Part shown: positions 4,646 to 13,139 of the stretch, one piece after another
Numbering within the stretch: the first letter of the stretch is position 1
Layout of the letters: every line of letters begins with the position of its first letter
Source of the DNA: a virus
Taxonomy: Duplodnaviria > Caudoviricetes
Strand: one strand, 5' to 3'
Length of the DNA stretch: 33,848 nt
Virus record (IMG/VR): IMGVR_UViG_3300014208_000095
Span: 1-33,848 of that record
Notes under the pieces: model-generated
What the model was told of the DNA's origin: nothing
Database searches by the model: none
The model's input: only the letters and a program-made list of their open reading frames with translations
Made by a program: the position numbers and the translations under genes

Positions 4646-7600
4646 TTAAAAGGTATAACCAAATACATAAATATTTACCCGATAAACATCTGCCGTTGCC
4701 CCTACACCGAGACTTGCGTACACATCTTCACCGTTATCTACGACACGAACAATCCCATTAGTTGGCGGAGTTGCGTTGATAAATTTATTCGTAGCGTCAG
4801 GAATTTGTATAGTATCTATAATGTCGTTATAATTTGACGCATTTGCTCCTACTGTGAAACTTCCCGCAATAGTAAAGTTCGTAATCGTCGTCGGGATGAC
4901 TACTACTTTTGTGATAATCGTCGTTGACGCAGTACCAGTAAAGATTTTATATGGAATAGCAGCGGTGAAATCTATGCTTGAAGTTGTCGCAAGTAAGTGG
5001 TCAGCAATAGAGTTTATATAATTTATAGTAGTTGTTGCTTTAGTATCTACATAGAGCTTCGTCGTTGCGTCAGCATCTTCTGTCGGCGTGGCGACCTTGA
5101 CTCGTTTACTACTAAAATCAAAGTAATCTAAATCAGTTTGGAATGCTCCAGACCCGTTCATCCAAAACCAGTTAAAATCCGTTCCGCCTGTTGTGTAGAA
5201 ATTGAATATCTTATCAGTTGCCTCTATATTTGAAACATCACTTGTATTGAAAAAATCAAATAATGATACGGTATTCGCAGGGATATTTCTATCTAAGTTA
5301 GCGTTATCGAAGTACAGAATATCCGTGTTGTTCCCGCCAATCCAAGTTACAATAGCTACTTTACCACTTGCGGGGATAGGAAATTCCTCAATCGTGTACT
5401 GAGCGAATGTGGTGGAGGGAGTGTTTTGAGCGTAATAATCACTCGTCGGTTCTGTCGAGGTAGGCGTATAAGAAACCCAGGCGTTGGTGGTGAAATTATA
5501 TATCTGTGTGGAAGAGGCTTTTGTATCATCAAATAGGGAAACTCGTGAGCGTGCGTTTGCAGAAGATGTGTCGCTTTTTCGTCCGTAGTATCTAAATCTA
5601 TAGGTATGTCCTGCGGTTAAGGTTTTCAACTGTTCAATATATGGTTGATCGCTCGTCTGACGATACAGTTTTGCTGAATAGGTTCCGCTTTGTACAATAG
5701 TCGCTTCTTGTTCAACACCTGCTTTTGCGTCATCTGTCCCCCATAATCCTTCTGTCCATGAGATTAAATCTGTAGAAGTAGTTTGAGTCCAATTTTCATA
5801 TCCTCCATTAAGAGCTTCATCAACTCCTGCATATAAAATTTCAGTTGAGTCTAGTAAAACTTTTTCTCCATTTGCTCCTATTGCAACAAATTGGATGGCT
5901 CCATCCACCACTCCTGAACCTGGTGCAGTTGCTTGTGTTGAAGATACTTGTGTATATGAACTCGTAATTGAAAGAGTCTCAGACGCTTCATCAGGTGGAC
6001 CCATTGTTGAAAGTACCCACGTTCCTGCTTGTGCACCTGTAAAGTGATAATAATAATCATTACTAAGAGCATCTGTATACGCATAAAAAACCATAATATC
6101 AGGTGTTCCTGACTCTCGTTTTGCGTATGTCCGAAGCTGTACTGTTTCACCATTTGAAAACGATACGGTATTATTTAACACGTTTGAGGCGTATGTACCC
6201 CCTCCTATATCCACATATGCCTCTAAAGAAACAGCTTTTGACCCTGCATATTTATCTGTACTACTTGAAGTCTTAGACAAATCAGGTTCTCCCTCACCTG
6301 GGTATTGAAAATCCCAACTATCTGGTGTATACACTCCTGTTGCATTCCAGTTTTCTACTCCACCATCATTTAATACTGTAGACCCATATGATTGAGTAGT
6401 TTTCTCTCGACCAATTTGAATAGAGTCAAAACTAAGGTCAAGCAATGTGCCCCCTATATGCATGTAATCACCTACCTGATAGAACTCGGTTGAAGTTGCT
6501 CCATCAACAAAATTAAATGTATCGGTGAAATTGAAAAAGTTATCTGTACCATCCCAAGTAAGACCACTAATACCGTCTGCAACTCCGTTGTTATTAAAGA
6601 GAACCTCTGTAGTTGTTGAGTCCCCCACGGTTGAAGTAACGTATCCAGCCAAAGCATGATCGCCCCAACTATATGCTTGATTCCACGTTGAGGTAACAGC
6701 ATTGTCTAAGCGTAAGTAAGACGACGAAGCCGCAGTCCATACAGAGTCTGCTTCTTGAAGATACGCTGACGCAATAGGAGTGCCTTGCCATGTTCCCGTT
6801 GTAATCGTTCCATTAAATCGGAGAATGTTGTTATCAAACTCTCCGTATATGAGCGGGTCTGTGGTTGAAGAATTAGCAATGTAGAGTCGATTAGAAGAAG
6901 TAGTATTCATTCCAGCTTCGTATCCTAGATAAAGACTTGAAGAAGAACTAATACCAGGGCTTCCTAAACCTGCCTTATAACCAAGAGCAGTATTATTATT
7001 TCCTGTAACATTATATGTCAACGTCTGGTATCCTAAAGAAGAGTTACTACTTCCTGTCGTAAGAAATGTTTGAGAATAAGAACCCATCGCAAAATTTGCT
7101 TGTCCTTCTGTTAATGAAGAAAGTACATTATCTCCAAATCCTGAGTTGTCATGCCCTTTCGTAATAGAATAACCTGAACTCAACCCATAAAATACATTAA
7201 ATCGTCCGTTTCTAAACCCACCTGTTGAGGTTGCGCTATGAGGGATTACATTTGACCCTAAATACATACTCGTTGCATCACCAAACACGGGGTCAGTGTT
7301 TATGTCCTCGTAAATCTTTGTCGTTGAAGTAAACGTATTCACTCCTGTGAAACTCTGTGTATTAGCGAGATACGCTACCGAAGTTGAGGCGGCAGACCAG
7401 AGAGGTTCGCCTGTTGTTGTCGTAAACCCTACGTCATTCGTCCACTGTGAAATGTTAGGCGAAGCAAAATCTGCTACTACCAATCCTGAAATTGTACTTG
7501 AGGTGTGAGCGTGTGAGTCATCTGCTACTTGAAGATCATCGTATGTTCCTGAAACATCCCCACCAAATGCTGTGGTAACATATACAATCGTTGAAGATAC

Positions 7601-10600
7601 AGCGTTCCAAGCGGATTGAGTGAAATAAGTTAGAGCAGCGTTTGCTTGTGTTAAATAGGTTGAAGCAGCATCTACTATTTTGAGATACGTTGAAGAAGCT
7701 GTTGTTGCGGTAAGGAGTGAGGATGACGCGGCATTGAAAATAGGGTCTACTTCACTAGCAACGTATGCTGTCGATGAAGAGAGAAAATCTGTTGCATTAT
7801 AATTCTGCCAAGTCCCCGCCCAGTTTCCTGTTGTTGTACTTATATATCCTGCAAGAGCGTGATTACCCCAACCATACGCCATACTCCATAAAGTTGTAGA
7901 TGAAGCATCCCAACGAACGAACGAACTTGAAGCAGAAGCCCAGATAGGGTCAGATTCGCTAGTCAGATACGAACCGATTGGTTGATATGCCAAGGAGGTA
8001 GATGCAGCTAAAAATACTGGGTCAGATTCAGTAGAACAAGTCAGTGTATCCCCAATAGCAGTAGCGAATTGTCCAGCAGAACACGCTGCGGGATAAGAAT
8101 TATGGAGTGTCCATGTGGCATCAGAAAAAGTCGCACTGCTCGTTCCTGTAAGATTCCCGATAAGAGCCCCAGAAAATGTATTTGTTACCGTGAATGTATT
8201 TTCTACTCCTGTTCCTGCAAAACCTGTATGCCCTGCGGTTGCATAATCTAAACCTGACAAAAGATTGTGTTGAGTTGATACAGCATTCACGCCATTTAGA
8301 GCTGAAAGTCTATAATCGTCTGTTGCTGCAACTGTGAATGTCGGAGAGTTATTTCGAACTATCACCCGATACAAAAGTTTCATTTCAGGAAGAGGTAATT
8401 GCCCTAAAGATAGGTTGCCATATAGGTTGTTCTCCTGTGCATCAGCAAGAGTTGTGTCTTCTCTTTGTCCCATTAAAATATAGATGGGGCTGCTTCTGTC
8501 GTTTGTGGCAAATACCCAATACGCAACATATTTATTAGATGTTGCAGGGGTAATTGTCCCCGCATTATCATAATAAATATTTCCACCAGATAAGTAATAC
8601 CAGGCAGTTGATTTGTCAGTAAAATCAAAGACTGAACTTCCTCCTGTACGGTAAAATATTCGTCCTGTGGTTGTCGCTGGTATATCGTCAATATTGTCTT
8701 CATCATGTATTTCTCCAGCAGAAACTGAAAATGTATTGTCTGAGTTGAAAGTACCTGTTAGGCCTCCACCTGTTAGTGGATAACGGACACCAAAATTTTT
8801 ATGATTATAATAATGCCCCGCCCAATCCATCGTTACTGGATGTCGTTCGTATCCAATAACCCCCCCAGAAGCACTAATATACACCGAGGCTATTTGTGCA
8901 TTTTGAATAAAAGTATAAGTATCTGTTGTTTGTGTAATTGCTCCTGTTGAATCAAAGTATATGAAATTAAGCTGTCCTGTTGTGGTAGGAACAGTAATTG
9001 AAACTGGTGTGGTAGTAGTAAACTTTTTTCCATCTACATAATACGCATACGAACTCCCCGACGGGGCGATCGTAAAAGTATAGGTTGACGTAACATAAGA
9101 AATCACCGAGTCAGTGGTATTTGGAAAACCTGTAGGTTCACCAATCTCGTTAAATATACCAGCCACGGAATTATTCAAATCTGAAATTGTAACGTCTTTG
9201 AATGTAGGTGAAGAAGTAGTGTTTATTTGCTGATTTGAGTGATAGTAATTCGTTCCGTCTCCTCCTTGAAGTCCTGAAACAAAGTTATGAAATACCTGGG
9301 TTGAAGTTGAAAAATATCCAGCGGTAGCGTGGTTCCCCCAAGAGTATGCGGTGTCCCATAACGTCGTAGAAGGGGCGGTAATGCGAAGATACGTCGATGA
9401 AGCGGTTACTAAATCAAGATATGTCGCCGCAGCCGTTGAGGTCGTCAAGAAGCTATCAATCGTACTTGTTGTATCAACAACATTTTTCCATACTGAATTG
9501 ACTGAATCAAATCTTCGTAAAACCCCTGTCGTAGGATGGTAATACAGTGGAGAACTCTGATATGTTGTCGCAGGCAGGGTCCAGACTTGTGTGGTATCGT
9601 AGTAAAAATAATCCCAGCGAGACACCGAGGCTCCTGAATTTAACTGGTCTCCGAACTGAACGACGTTTGTTCCGCCCGCAGCAGTAGAGCCTGTGATTTT
9701 TAGTTTGCCGTCAACGTAGACATCCACGACCGAGCCGAGAACCGTAATACGATAGGTGTGGTAGGCATCGGCTGTACTTGCGACGTATGTTTGTCCTGAT
9801 GAAAGTTGAATTTGAGAGTTTGAAAAAGCGAGATACCCGTCTGCGGTACCATCACCGAAGTAGATATTAAGCCGTCTGTCAGAAGCAGAAGAACTAAGTA
9901 CCTGCATTTTGGCTTCAATCGTGTATCCTGTTGTACTACTCGCACTCCAAGTATTAGACTGGTAGTACATCATCGCGGTGGGGTTGGCTACAGTAAGAGT
10001 CAATATCCCACCTGACACGTTTGCAAACGTACCTTCTGTTCCACCTGTAGGAAATGCGGTGTAGCCTTGTGATGGATGAGACGGCAAAAGGTTCATGTCC
10101 AGTTTCTTCGTCCATCCTGAATCATACGCACGAGTGTATTTAAACTGGGCTGAATCTGGGACAAGGGTGATGTCTGTACCGTTATATGTTGCATTATTTG
10201 AGCCTGTTACTCGTCCATTAGTTGTGGCATAACAAAGTTGTCCTGGTGTTAGGTTCGTCCCATCATTCAGTAATATCCCTTTTCTCGCCGCACTGGTAAA
10301 AAGAGTGAAATACAAATCGTCAACACCTCGTTCAATCACGCCTGCTTCTGGTGTTCCTAAGAGTGTGGTGTTCGTGAGTTTGATTTTCTCAAAATTGAAT
10401 GTGCCTGTGGTTGATTGGGGGAAAGTCTGATCAAGATTGAGTTTATTATTAAATAGTCCCCAGTCAGTATTAGAAAGAAATCCACTTTGTGTTGAAGAAG
10501 CTTGGGGTATACCAAAAACTCCACTTGAATAAGTAAGAGGAGACGTTGCAGAAAACATGGATTGGATTGTTGAAGTAGTTGGTGTAATTGTAGAAGAATC

Positions 10601-10777
10601 GACTAAATCGTACTTCCCTGTACCATCGCCCATTAAAATTTCTCCAAGAGAGGGCAATGTAGAAGTTCCTGTACCGCCTTGTGGAATAGTAAATACTCGT
10701 AATTCGGCATATGCAAAATGCACGATAGTAAAAATTGCTATTAGTGATACAATAATTGTCGCTAGAAAACGTCTCAT
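4646..10777 (-). CDS. Large tail fibre/adhesin-like protein, 2043 aa, with N-terminal signal peptide
   Basis: Start MRRFLATIIVSLIAIFTIVHFAYA at 10777; GGTG motif, 3x W..AY.WG[ND]HA.AGY, E[SV]DP repeats, LamG-like segment, YadA-head-like N[ST][AS]LGY repeats, beta-sandwich CBM-like modules, DATTKLYVD. Confidence 0.8.
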   Translation of the reverse strand: MRRFLATIIVSLIAIFTIVHFAYAELRVFTIPQGGTGTSTLPSLGEILMGDGTGKYDLVDSSTITPTTSTIQSMFSATSPLTYSSGVFGIPQASSTQSGFLSNTDWGLFNNKLNLDQTFPQSTTGTFNFEKIKLTNTTLLGTPEAGVIERGVDDLYFTLFTSAARKGILLNDGTNLTPGQLCYATTNGRVTGSNNATYNGTDITLVPDSAQFKYTRAYDSGWTKKLDMNLLPSHPSQGYTAFPTGGTEGTFANVSGGILTLTVANPTAMMYYQSNTWSASSTTGYTIEAKMQVLSSSASDRRLNIYFGDGTADGYLAFSNSQIQLSSGQTYVASTADAYHTYRITVLGSVVDVYVDGKLKITGSTAAGGTNVVQFGDQLNSGASVSRWDYFYYDTTQVWTLPATTYQSSPLYYHPTTGVLRRFDSVNSVWKNVVDTTSTIDSFLTTSTAAATYLDLVTASSTYLRITAPSTTLWDTAYSWGNHATAGYFSTSTQVFHNFVSGLQGGDGTNYYHSNQQINTTSSPTFKDVTISDLNNSVAGIFNEIGEPTGFPNTTDSVISYVTSTYTFTIAPSGSSYAYYVDGKKFTTTTPVSITVPTTTGQLNFIYFDSTGAITQTTDTYTFIQNAQIASVYISASGGVIGYERHPVTMDWAGHYYNHKNFGVRYPLTGGGLTGTFNSDNTFSVSAGEIHDEDNIDDIPATTTGRIFYRTGGSSVFDFTDKSTAWYYLSGGNIYYDNAGTITPATSNKYVAYWVFATNDRSSPIYILMGQREDTTLADAQENNLYGNLSLGQLPLPEMKLLYRVIVRNNSPTFTVAATDDYRLSALNGVNAVSTQHNLLSGLDYATAGHTGFAGTGVENTFTVTNTFSGALIGNLTGTSSATFSDATWTLHNSYPAACSAGQFATAIGDTLTCSTESDPVFLAASTSLAYQPIGSYLTSESDPIWASASSSFVRWDASSTTLWSMAYGWGNHALAGYISTTTGNWAGTWQNYNATDFLSSSTAYVASEVDPIFNAASSSLLTATTASSTYLKIVDAASTYLTQANAALTYFTQSAWNAVSSTIVYVTTAFGGDVSGTYDDLQVADDSHAHTSSTISGLVVADFASPNISQWTNDVGFTTTTGEPLWSAASTSVAYLANTQSFTGVNTFTSTTKIYEDINTDPVFGDATSMYLGSNVIPHSATSTGGFRNGRFNVFYGLSSGYSITKGHDNSGFGDNVLSSLTEGQANFAMGSYSQTFLTTGSSNSSLGYQTLTYNVTGNNNTALGYKAGLGSPGISSSSSLYLGYEAGMNTTSSNRLYIANSSTTDPLIYGEFDNNILRFNGTITTGTWQGTPIASAYLQEADSVWTAASSSYLRLDNAVTSTWNQAYSWGDHALAGYVTSTVGDSTTTEVLFNNNGVADGISGLTWDGTDNFFNFTDTFNFVDGATSTEFYQVGDYMHIGGTLLDLSFDSIQIGREKTTQSYGSTVLNDGGVENWNATGVYTPDSWDFQYPGEGEPDLSKTSSSTDKYAGSKAVSLEAYVDIGGGTYASNVLNNTVSFSNGETVQLRTYAKRESGTPDIMVFYAYTDALSNDYYYHFTGAQAGTWVLSTMGPPDEASETLSITSSYTQVSSTQATAPGSGVVDGAIQFVAIGANGEKVLLDSTEILYAGVDEALNGGYENWTQTTSTDLISWTEGLWGTDDAKAGVEQEATIVQSGTYSAKLYRQTSDQPYIEQLKTLTAGHTYRFRYYGRKSDTSSANARSRVSLFDDTKASSTQIYNFTTNAWVSYTPTSTEPTSDYYAQNTPSTTFAQYTIEEFPIPASGKVAIVTWIGGNNTDILYFDNANLDRNIPANTVSLFDFFNTSDVSNIEATDKIFNFYTTGGTDFNWFWMNGSGAFQTDLDYFDFSSKRVKVATPTEDADATTKLYVDTKATTTINYINSIADHLLATTSSIDFTAAIPYKIFTGTASTTIITKVVVIPTTITNFTIAGSFTVGANASNYNDIIDTIQIPDATNKFINATPPTNGIVRVVDNGEDVYASLGVGATADVYRVNIYVFGYTF

Positions 10778-10778
10778 A

Positions 10779-11513
10779 CTATGTGCGAATATAAATAACA
10801 TCTAAAAATGTACTATCTCCAGGTGGAAAAAGCAGAGTTATCCTTTTCCCGCTAACACTGTACCCGACTCCTCGTGCAATCATTTGTCCTTGATAATAAG
10901 CCCACAAAGCGTATCCTGAACCTGCAATGTTAAAATTCGTATCAACATAAGTAGTTGAAGAATTTATTGCAGTGCTTTCATGCTGTACATTACCCATACC
11001 TCCACCTTTCTGTACCGCACTTTTTGCAGACTGATTGATTGCTTGCATCCACTTTTTAAGCCCTTTAATTACTTTAATTTCAACCTTTTCTTCTAGGGTA
11101 TTTAATTTATCAGCAATTTGTATGGGAGTATCAGGGCTTCCATCTTTGCCATCTTTTGGTTTAGGGATTTTCTCAATGACTTCATTCACGATCTTAGTTT
11201 CGTCAGCATCCTTGCCATCTTTACCGTCAAAATAATCCTTTCCTTTTATAGGCGTGTACCCAGATTCTCCCTTTTCTCCTTGTGGACCAACAACACTATC
11301 TCCTCTGTTGCCCTTTTCACCTCTGTCCCCTTTTTCACCAGTAAAATCTTTATTTTGAAGACCCAAAATAACCTGTTCAACTTTGCTCGTAAGTGTCTGT
11401 ATTGTTTCTTCAAAAAGTTGAGATACGACAATTTCAGCTACTTGTTTGGCAGTAGGGTTTTCTTTCAGAAGTCTGTTTTTCTTAGATTGTTCAATGACTT
11501 CCTTAACGTCCAT
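10779..11513 (-). CDS. Collagen-like (Gly-X-Y) repeat virion protein, 244 aa
   Basis: GEKGDRGEKGNRGD..GPQGEKGESGYTPIKGKDYFDGKDGKD. Confidence 0.8.
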   Translation of the reverse strand: MDVKEVIEQSKKNRLLKENPTAKQVAEIVVSQLFEETIQTLTSKVEQVILGLQNKDFTGEKGDRGEKGNRGDSVVGPQGEKGESGYTPIKGKDYFDGKDGKDADETKIVNEVIEKIPKPKDGKDGSPDTPIQIADKLNTLEEKVEIKVIKGLKKWMQAINQSAKSAVQKGGGMGNVQHESTAINSSTTYVDTNFNIAGSGYALWAYYQGQMIARGVGYSVSGKRITLLFPPGDSTFLDVIYIRT

Positions 11514-11543
11514 ATTTGGCTATTTTAAGCTATTTTTTGAAAG

Positions 11544-11589
11544 TTATCCACCTGTTCACCTTGATTAGATTCTTGAAATATGATAAGGT
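11544..11589 (+). promoter_or_regulatory. DnaA-like box plus promoter TTGATT-17 bp-TAAGGT (extended -10) for antisense mini-genes
   Basis: TTATCCACC 11544-11552; TTGATT 11561-11566; TGA-TAAGGT 11581-11589, similar to TGA-TAAGAT at 992-1000. Confidence 0.5.
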
Positions 11590-11639
11590 CTGCTGTTTAC
11601 TAAGGATATAATAATAAATTATATGTTTTGGACTATTGT

Positions 11640-11759
11640 ATGCAAGTATTCGGTTGTTTAATACTAGGAATAGGAATTATTGGTTTGTGTATTTTATGGC
11701 CACCTTTAATTCTTTTTGTGTTAATTATTGGTGGTTTTATTTTATTAGCTAAAGATTAG
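11640..11759 (+). CDS. Small hydrophobic membrane peptide, 39 aa (true start may be 11623 with a 1-nt frameshift)
   Basis: MQVFGCLILGIGIIGLCILWPPLILFVLIIGGFILLAKD; an out-of-frame ATG TTT TGG ACT ATT upstream matches the start of the next mini-gene. Confidence 0.55.
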   Translation: MQVFGCLILGIGIIGLCILWPPLILFVLIIGGFILLAKD

Positions 11760-11788
11760 GTTTAGTAAGAAATTTAATTTGTAATTTT

Positions 11789-11863
11789 ATGTTTTGGACT
11801 ATTCTCATTGTATTCGTAGTTATTGTTTTTATCGGAATTGCAATGAATCTTATTGATGGTTGA
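11789..11863 (+). CDS. 24-aa single-TM peptide
   Basis: MFWTILIVFVVIVFIGIAMNLIDG; its stop abuts the stop of the convergent 424-aa gene. Confidence 0.5.
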   Translation: MFWTILIVFVVIVFIGIAMNLIDG

Positions 11864-13138
11864 TTATTTTCCACCAATAGTTTTTAATATTTTCCCACCA
11901 TAAGTTTGAGTTGGTGTTATTGCTTTATCAATTAACGAACTAAGAAAACTTCCAAATCCTCCTCTACTTGATGCTTCAGTTAGTGCTTTTGCTCCTCTAT
12001 CTGCAATATTGATTAAATTACCATAATCAAGATACGATGTTTTAATTTCTGTCGGTACTTTTTCATAAATCTTTGTACGGATTACGTCAGCCAATATCTT
12101 TCTTACATTATTATATTCACCTGCGATAGTTTTCCCTCTCCAAACTTTCTCAGGTACACCAGAAGCAAGAATTGATTTTATATCTTGTGCAGTACGATAT
12201 GTCCAACCACTTATATGTTTATAATCTTCATTTACAGCGTCTAATGCCTCTAAAAGACCATTTCTTTTCCCAGGTTCTGCAATACCCTCAATAATATTTT
12301 TAGCATCGTTAAAGACTTCCTTTTTAGGAAGTTTTTCTTTAATAGAAGTAAGAGCAGGATCAATATTATTTTTCCATACATTAGCCGCAATTCTTTTTGC
12401 TTGAGTTCCTATCTGTTGATCATTAAATCCTGCCAATCCATGTCTTGAAGCGGTATCCCCCATTGTTACTGGTTTAGATAAATCTTTTCCAGTTAGTGCA
12501 GCTTCCACTCTTTGTAATAGAGGATTTTTTGATCGATAAGAAATAATTTTTTCTGCTTCTTGTATATTTGGTCTGAAAGTTGGCGCACGCTCTATTAGCG
12601 CCTCCCCTGTAGCTCCTAAAGCTCGTTGTGCAACTTTAGCTCCTTTTAAACCAGTAGCAGTCATGGCGGCGTCAAATGATTCTGTAGCTAACTCACCAGG
12701 CGTAGGATTAGTACTCATACCAAGTATCTGTTCTTTTCCAGTTACCTCACCTGCTAAAGTAACAAATGGTTGTGCAAAAGGTTTGAGACCTTCAGCACCC
12801 ATTTTAGTTGTCTCACCAATAACCTTTTCTGCTGCTTGTTTTCCTTGCGAAGTTTGAGTAGCAACTTTAAATGCTGGATTTATTGAACCTGCGATGTTAA
12901 ATCCTAAATTTTTTGCAAAACTCCCAACTTTCCCAAGTAAACTTTCATCTTTTGGTTTGTTAGCTTCGTCAATGATTCTTTGTTGTGCGACAAGTTTTTG
13001 TCTACGCAAAATTCTGTCTTGTGAAGTTTGCTCTTGAGACGATGTTTGTTTTTGAGGTTCTGCTACTGAATTTTCAAAACCCTGTTCAGGAATACCTAAT
13101 TTTTTACGTTCTTCTAAAATTTGTTGTTGTGTAAGCAT
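11864..13138 (-). CDS. Putative internal virion/ejection protein, 424 aa
   Basis: Ala/Gly/Lys-rich helical composition; position after tail genes as in podoviruses. Confidence 0.6.
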   Translation of the reverse strand: MLTQQQILEERKKLGIPEQGFENSVAEPQKQTSSQEQTSQDRILRRQKLVAQQRIIDEANKPKDESLLGKVGSFAKNLGFNIAGSINPAFKVATQTSQGKQAAEKVIGETTKMGAEGLKPFAQPFVTLAGEVTGKEQILGMSTNPTPGELATESFDAAMTATGLKGAKVAQRALGATGEALIERAPTFRPNIQEAEKIISYRSKNPLLQRVEAALTGKDLSKPVTMGDTASRHGLAGFNDQQIGTQAKRIAANVWKNNIDPALTSIKEKLPKKEVFNDAKNIIEGIAEPGKRNGLLEALDAVNEDYKHISGWTYRTAQDIKSILASGVPEKVWRGKTIAGEYNNVRKILADVIRTKIYEKVPTEIKTSYLDYGNLINIADRGAKALTEASSRGGFGSFLSSLIDKAITPTQTYGGKILKTIGGK

Positions 13139-13139
13139 A

